Positions 52,988-64,000 of a DNA stretch of 64,000 nt are shown here, piece after piece (position 1 is the stretch's first letter; every line of letters starts with the position of its first letter). This DNA comes from Octopus vulgaris. Taxonomy: Eukaryota. The position numbers and the translations under genes are program-made. The DNA lies in contig OX597828.1 of assembly GCA_951406725.2 (NCBI GenBank), forward strand, positions 73,036,001 through 73,100,000. Direction: 5' to 3'. A model generated the notes under the pieces. It saw nothing but the letters and a program-made list of their open reading frames with translations, ran no database searches and had not been told where the DNA came from.

Positions 52988-53441
52988 AAAAAATGAAGTT
53001 CGAAAATGCTGCTGTATTATACAATTTTTAATTTTTATATATACATTATAACATGTTTCAGTTCCTGAAATGAACCTTATCAAAAAAAGTTATATATAAA
53101 AAGAGACAGCTCATGCCGTCAAACACAAGAAATTCATTTATAATACACAACGGAGTCAGACATCTTAGAGTTCATGTATAGTTGATATATAGTTTGAAGT
53201 ATATTTCAAAGTGTTCGATGCAGTGGCCCACGGTGGCGATACGTATTCAATACAAAAAACAGATCAAAGTGGTGGAAAGCGGTCAATACAGAAGATTGAT
53301 GTTTCCGAAAGAGCGAGGAATTCATTTTTACCTTAAGCAATTGTGATGACCCATGGTGGAAGTTCGCTGGGTGGTTCTAGTGATTTTTTGTGAAATGCTT
53401 GGTTTTATAATGCCTGTTAGGTGGTCATATATATATATATA

Positions 53442-53526
<85 letters not shown>

Positions 53527-53836
53527 CCGTAGTATTGGTAGTAAGGCGTGAAGCTTGCTTCCCTACAATGTAGTCCTCGATTCAGTGCCACTGCGTGATA
53601 CCTCTGGCTAGTGTCTTGTATTATAGCCCTACGCCGGCCAAAACCTTGTGAGTGGATTTGGTAAAAAAATATAAAAATCAACTGGTTTATTGGGAGTGGA
53701 AGGTTGTGAATCTTTACCGTATGGAATTGATATAAGGTGAAAAGCGTTATGTTATATCAATATTTCTCGGGTGACAACTTGGGTTGCCGGGTATGCAAAT
53801 AAAAGTCCAAAAGATAAGGAACGGCGTGGAAAAAAT

Positions 53837-53925
53837 CCAGTTTACATGTTTCATAGCGAGCGAAACTTCGTAAGCAGAAACCATCTGAGCGAGGTGTATA
53901 CTGCAGGCTGCTCTTCAGGCCATGG
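53837..53925 (-). ncRNA. Degenerate hammerhead with long stem II
   Basis: RC CTGAAGA-gcagc...gctat-GAAA-catg-TA; homolog of 21228-21310. Confidence 0.45.
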
Positions 53926-54597
53926 GTATCTTGGTTATATTAAGTTTACGGTGCCGTAACGAGACCCAAAATCCGTTGGCCCCCTTAATCTCAGAATTAA
54001 CTCGAGTCGTTATCTGGTTCCAACACTCTTTGCCCTTAATGTTCAGAATCGAGTACCTAAACTCTTCTTCGCCATAAATTCATTCCCTTTAAAAAATCTT
54101 TAACCCTAATCTATAAAATCTTCTTACTCCGCTACATTGCCGGATTAATCCGACATCTTAATTACAAGAAACTTAAAAACTAACAACTAGCTACCATTTA
54201 TCCTGATTACATAATTCACCCTAAGCCCTTTAACGACATTAAATCTCTCTCCTCCTACTATAATTCCATTACGACCACCCGATCTATAAACCTACCTCAC
54301 GATCTAACTATACCTCGTACAGAAATAAAGAAGGATATAGACGGTACCATCGGACATGAAAACTATCGTAAAATACGTCTACTTGACATGTACCTCAGCA
54401 CCCAAATATATACCAATTCTAACGCCACCCACTCATAATGAACCGAACGCCTGAAGATCACTAGAAAACATTCAACCCACAAATTCGTCCACAACACGCT
54501 ATGAATCTATGCAGCGACAGATACCTCCTGCCCCTAAGATAATCGTTGTCTTACTAAAAGCATCGTTTACAAATGCACACCACCAGCCACCAACTCT

Positions 54598-54670
<73 letters not shown>

Positions 54671-54799
54671 TACATAGGCTCGTACAGCCTAACCTTCAAA
54701 GACTGAATGGCTAACCACTACTGTAGCTTCAAGTCTCAAACAAAATCCAACAATACGTCTTTATCTCAGCTAATACCCAAACTTAAGAACGAATCAGTT

Positions 54800-55520
54800 T
54801 CTTACGCTTAGAAGTCATCCATTTTCACCGATGCCAAATCGTGTACCGGCGATAACCACAAGTGAGATCTTAGCATAGCTAAAGTCGTCTCCATTATGCA
54901 ATCTACTGATTGTCTGAATGAACGCGATTGCATAATTGTTATGTCGCAAAAAATTACGTAACACATTCTTAAGATTCAAATAGTAATGACCCCCTAATTT
55001 ACCGTCCAACTTCATTATAGACAATGGCATGTATTGGACCCATTTAATTTGTTGGAAAGTGCGCATCCTGCTAAGTCACATTCGAAAAACTCCTCTCTTT
55101 GGTCCGGATCATTGAGACCATTGTCTATTTTTGGAATATAACTTTTCCAATGACAGTACTTCAAATTCCTTGATTTAGACATTCCTATCTGGTGATTCTT
55201 TTGCAACGCAGATATTCTTCAACGGTGGCAATTATTTCTTGCTTTGTTCGGTGGGAAGACGTAGATTGCCGCCGTCTTCCAGAACCTTTCTCGTGGTCAT
55301 TTTGAACAGTTCGCTCTTCTTCAAACTTATTTCTAATTCGAGGAATGGTAAGTTACGTTGATAGATGAGATTGTAATTTCTTCTTAAAGTCTTTTTGCTC
55401 TTCGATTGCTTTCCCAATCTTCCATTATATACTTAGGATATATTCCATTTGTTCAAAACTTCGTTTGGCTCCCTTCAATATTTCTAATGAGAGAAGTGAA
55501 AACACAAATGAAAATTAAAT
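54800..55520 (-). pseudogene. Decayed Tc1/mariner-like (DUF4817-type) transposase remnant
   Basis: RC fragments RIRNKFEEERTV....KGSGRRR and GLNDPDQREEFFE with frameshifts. Confidence 0.55.
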
Positions 55521-56140
55521 GAACTACCAGCGCTTAGAGCAAGTATTTCATCCTTGCCCACATGAAAGGAAGTAAATCCTATCGTATCTGCGCAGCCCAC
55601 CATGACTACAAACACAGGTCCCCGGCCTCGTTCTTCCACATATACCCTCAGAACTGGCAAAGGGTTTTACTAAAGCACACACTGATGCACCCATGTACAC
55701 ACACGTATGGGCCACAAAATATACCCCCAACATATACCCTTACACACATATTGTACTCCTAAACACATTTAAACTCGCCACACACACATTACACACTGCA
55801 CGCTAACATAATCCTCCAAATACAGAAAGAAAACAAACTAACGAACAGAACTATATATACCTATTCCCTGGAAATGATTATACGTATGACATCACTACAC
55901 ATATCACACATCCCATCCCCAGGGGAGCAGAGTAGTTGATAAAACACACAAACACATATCCTCAACAGAGGCTCCAAGATAGCTCTTACCGGCTTTGCAG
56001 TGTATCTAACAAGGGACATAACTCCTAACCTCATCCCATGACCCTTTTTCATCTCACAACATTTTTCACATCAATCGCAAACCGGATGTGCTAATTCACT
56101 AACGACAATAGAGAGCAGTCGCCATATTCCTCTCCATATC

Positions 56141-56190
56141 GGTTAACTCTGATGAGCGTAAGGTTATATTGTATTCCTTGCGCGAAACCT
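56141..56190 (+). ncRNA. Truncated hammerhead (core and stem II only)
   Basis: CTGATGA-gcgtaagg...ccttgcgc-GAAA-cc with no matching stem I 3' strand. Confidence 0.5.
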
Positions 56191-56239
56191 ATCACTAAAT
56201 TCATCCGTGATGGTTATATAATACTGTCCACTTCGGATA

Positions 56240-56281
<42 letters not shown>

Positions 56282-56822
56282 GTTAAAAGTTATATATATA
56301 TATATATAATTTAAAAAAAAACGTGTAGTAATTAAGCATACGAACGTATACTAAATACGCAGAACAACAGAAGACGCAGAAGGTCACCAACTCCTCTTCA
56401 GTTGTTGGTCAGAAGGTCTTGGACATTGTGTTTATCAGAGTTATGAGTTAGATATCATTTACAACCTCATTTATGAAATCCTTTTCCAGCTTCCTTATTA
56501 CTCCAAGGTCCAAAGTACTGGGAAATTCTGTTGTGACGTTACCAGTGCATGGATGTCTTCCACGACTCGGCGAACAAATCGGAGGTATATTCAGATAAGT
56601 CTGGCATACAAACTCATCGGTCTGAATATCCAAAGCAGACGATCTGCGCTGCAAACATCCATTACAGCCCATAGGTATTCCACTTTCTATGTTATCTTCT
56701 GCTGAATTTTGCGACAAGTCGATCGAGGTAAGCATGAAGGTCTACTACCATCATCTCTGCTCATGTGGGTGTGTGCATAGACATGTGAGATCGTGTAAGT
56801 TTGATGTGAGTGCTACCACATG

Positions 56823-56862
<40 letters not shown>

Positions 56863-57150
56863 GTTTATATATTTGTTGTCCAAGATTTTTTACGTGAAGT
56901 CGTGTGTTGAAACAGATATTGTTATATTTCGGAATGGTCATTTTGCCAGTTTAGCCAATAAAAACACACGCACTATATATTTGGTGTTACTTTGCTTCAG
57001 TGTTATTTATTTTTTATTTTTTACATTAATCATAATCTTATTTCGGCCAGAGTTCTTTCGTCACACTCCTGTGACTGCATCAGTGGTCCTTTCTTTTCTT
57101 CTTTCTTATTTGTGTCTTTCCTTACTAACCGTCAGCCATTTTGTATTTCT

Positions 57151-57208
<58 letters not shown>

Positions 57209-58003
57209 CAAGTAGTGTTAGCAGTTGTAGTAACCGACTAAGGGATAATAATATCCGTATTTACTATCGGTATCAATTACCTGTACTATCTCTAGGCACG
57301 GAAATGCAGGCACACTATGCTAATAAGATACAGGTAACAACAGATTAAAGAAAAGTTTATCTAGAATCAAATTTAAATAATCAGAAAATGGAGAAGACTT
57401 ATGATCACCAATCAAACAAATTGCACCTCATCGGTTAATTGTTGATCATAAGTTTTCTCCATTTTCTGATTATATATATATTCATTTATTCTTTTATTTG
57501 TTTCAGTTATTTGACTGGGGCCATGCTGGAGCATTTGATTAAGGTGATAAAAATTACAAGTAAAGTAGTCATTTCCCCTCTTTAGAAAAGAAAAGAAATT
57601 GAAAATGTCGACACTTGAAAGAGTCGTCGTCGCAGTTCCCGCTGCCTGTCTATTTTCTTTACCTCCTCTTTTCATTCTTTAATCATTTATACAACGTTCG
57701 AGTGCCGTCGACTGAGAGATAGAAATTCTCCACATATTTTTATGAGATATTTTTTGAATCACGCTACTTTATTTTAAATTTTTCTTAAAGGGGAAAATTA
57801 CTATTTTAATTAAAGTAAAATATTAATCTTTATCATCTTAATCAAAAGGCAGAAAAACAGAGAGAGAGGCTATTTCCTTCTCGATGAAGATCATTTGTAA
57901 TCGGAGGAGTTGAGCCTCATAGGAATGGAAGAACAAACAACAGATGGGTTGTACCTTATAATGAAACTCTTTTAAAATCATTGAAATGCCAGTGCAACGT
58001 TGA

Positions 58004-61290
<3,287 letters not shown>

Positions 61291-61434
61291 ATACTTCTTT
61301 TTTTGTTTTTATGGGGAAATGGAGAGAGAGAGACAGAAAAGCAAAGATGGCGGAGGAAGTAGAGAATGAGAGAGGTTTCAGCTAAATAAAGAAAGAAGAG
61401 AAAAATAATAAAGACTAGGTAGATAGATGGATAG

Positions 61435-61483
<49 letters not shown>

Positions 61484-61484
61484 T

Positions 61485-61545
<61 letters not shown>

Positions 61546-61576
61546 AGGATAGAGAGACAGATGGATAGACAGATAG

Positions 61577-61654
<78 letters not shown>

Positions 61655-61927
61655 TCAGATAGACAGACAGATAGATAGATTGATAGAAATAGAGAGTTAG
61701 GGGGAGGTTTCTTTTCGATTTGATGTGGTCAATTCATTGAAATTTAATTACAAAGCAATTTTCGTTTTCTTTCTTCTTTCTTTTTATTTCACATTGTATA
61801 CCTATCAACATATTTTCTCAGAAGGGCCGACGACCTTTGAAAATATCAATTTTAGGAAGTAGGCTTGAAAAAAAGGAGAAAAGAAGGAAGGGTGCGGTCA
61901 TCGCTAAAAATAAGTGCAGCACGAAGT

Positions 61928-61978
61928 TTTGTCAGTGAACAGGTCGCGGTCTCAAAGCGACGAAAATATTTTGACAAA
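61928..61978 (+). ncRNA. Second locus of the G3:C8 hammerhead variant
   Basis: tttgtca-GTGAACA-g-gtcgc(ggtctcaaa)gcgac-GAAA-atat-TT-tgacaaa; differences from 5664 lie only in loop II. Confidence 0.65.
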
Positions 61979-62341
61979 TTAAACTTAAATGTTGAAGTGA
62001 ATCTAACGGTTTTTGTGTGTTTCTTAAATGGCTTATAAACACCTTCCACGCTGCAATTGTTTTCGTTCCAGCACACGATCTCAGATCAAGTCACTCGCTA
62101 TGCAAGTACATCTCCGTAATATATACATATACATATAACTATGTGTGTGTTTGAAAGTTGTGGTTTTTTGGTATGTTTGTTCCCAAACAACACAACACTT
62201 ATTTTAGTACTGTTGACACCGCCGGATTGAATGGTTCTACCCAGCTGTCGAAACCGTAATGACACCCCTGGTGCAGCTGATGATAGTATGTTGGATTGTT
62301 GATATGGCTGGGCGGTGGAATAGTATTAGAACACAACCTTT

Positions 62342-62396
<55 letters not shown>

Positions 62397-62652
62397 AAAA
62401 AGGAGATGTGGAACATGAGTTGTGATATATAAAAAAGGAAATGAAGAAAATGCTGACAAAATAATTTAAGTAATTTAATTAGGTGAAGTTCTTTTTACCG
62501 GTTGCGCATTTGTTATGCTTATCAAAAGATGCTTTTTTAAGAGAGATAGAGTTACTTTCTGATAGATTTTTTCCTCTTATCTATATATATATATAGACCA
62601 TCTGTCTCCGTCTTTTGTTTTTTTGTGAATTCTCCCCCTATATATATATGTA

Positions 62653-62703
<51 letters not shown>

Positions 62704-62938
62704 CGAATTTTTGTAAATGTGTACAGAATGAATTATTAGTTGAATAAAACAAAAACATGATCTGATTTCCACGTTTTTTATTATGGTATATAAAAAAAAT
62801 ATAAATGTTTTTACAATGTTGAAGTGTGTTAAGAGGGCTTGTACTGTAGGGTCCGGCGAACCTATTTTACACATACTTATGGGTTTAAAAAAATTATAAT
62901 ATAGTTTATAGTATTGAACTAAGAGAAAGTGATATAGA

Positions 62939-63033
62939 GACCTGACGATTGGGGTTATATTTTAAGAATGGTTCCAGCAAGATACAGAGTGGTTTATGAA
63001 CCGGGAAATGTGCCTCATGAAACACGTGTAGCC
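62939..63033 (+). ncRNA. Hammerhead motif with extended stem II
   Basis: CTGACGA-t-tggggt...gcctca-t-GAAA-cacgtg-TA-gcc; weak stem I; in a (TA)n-bounded segment 62700-63113. Confidence 0.6.
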
Positions 63034-63111
63034 AAGTTATAAAGTAGTAAGTATTTAAAATAAAAATTCTTTTTTATATGGTGAGATAAGGGGCCTACTA
63101 TCTCTAAATGG

Positions 63112-63177
<66 letters not shown>

Positions 63178-63335
63178 ATGCATGTATGTATGTATACTTT
63201 AAGTTCGTTTGAGAGAAAGGTTTTTGGGTACGCACATAAGAACTATTCATTTTGTAGGCTACGGCTTCGTCATTCCAACTTTCAACAACAGTTTTAGGGG
63301 ATCGTACCGAGGTTAGCTGATATATTGTACGTTAA

Positions 63336-63765
<430 letters not shown>

Positions 63766-64000
63766 AATCCATGGGTGGAATTCATTAAATGTTTTAAAGT
63801 ATCGCTTCGCACGTTTCCACGAATCCCAAGTAATTTGTGAAGATAGTTCACATTTCTATGCGAACTACGGTTACAAAATCATGCGACTGGTGGAAGCTCA
63901 CATTGCGATAAATAAATAAAAATTCCATGATTATAATTATTATTACTATATATATATATATGTATGTATGCATATATTCAAATATATGTATATGTATATA

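Noticed and set aside
53047-53086. Possible U3:A8 hammerhead variant on - strand (tTGATAA-ggttc..gaact-GAAA-catg-TT)
   Set aside because: Stem I does not pair and there is only one copy
56448-56735. 95-aa non-repetitive ORF
   Set aside because: No recognisable motif or supported splice structure; lies between TA tracts and is probably a repeat remnant
62205-62290. Scattered hammerhead words (ctgttga, GAAAccgTA, CTGATGA)
   Set aside because: Stems are inconsistent in both type I and type II arrangements

Overview
Eukaryotic, AT-rich and very microsatellite-rich DNA. The tRNA-headed SINE families and the (TA)n/(AAT)n load resemble an octopus/cephalopod genome (inference). Most long ORFs in the track are microsatellite artefacts. 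Real content: (1) a multi-exon + strand gene for an inter-alpha-trypsin-inhibitor-heavy-chain (ITIH)-like protein (VIT - vWA - GDPHF - C-terminal domain), with 9 phase-compatible exons over 8128-33222 and the 5' end not found; (2) a small - strand gene whose spliced product is absent from the ORF track: promoter ~45200-45300, non-coding exon, signal-peptide exon 43168-43249 and exon 41487-41755, encoding a 116-aa cationic prepropeptide with several dibasic sites; (3) a near full-length IR/DR Tc1 (DD34E) element, a cluster of (TAA)n-targeted R4/Dong-type LINE pieces, mariner remnants and many SINEs; (4) a U6 snRNA copy fused to a SINE body; (5) about 15 type I hammerhead ribozyme motifs from roughly 10 unrelated repeat families. 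Many of these sit in fold-back or partial-tandem elements inserted in (TA)n (Penelope/retrozyme-like). They include a ~490-nt circularly permuted non-coding unit with compensatory stem I changes, long stem II insertions, and a family with a G3:C8-swapped catalytic core. All structures were read by eye; no folding or database search was run.
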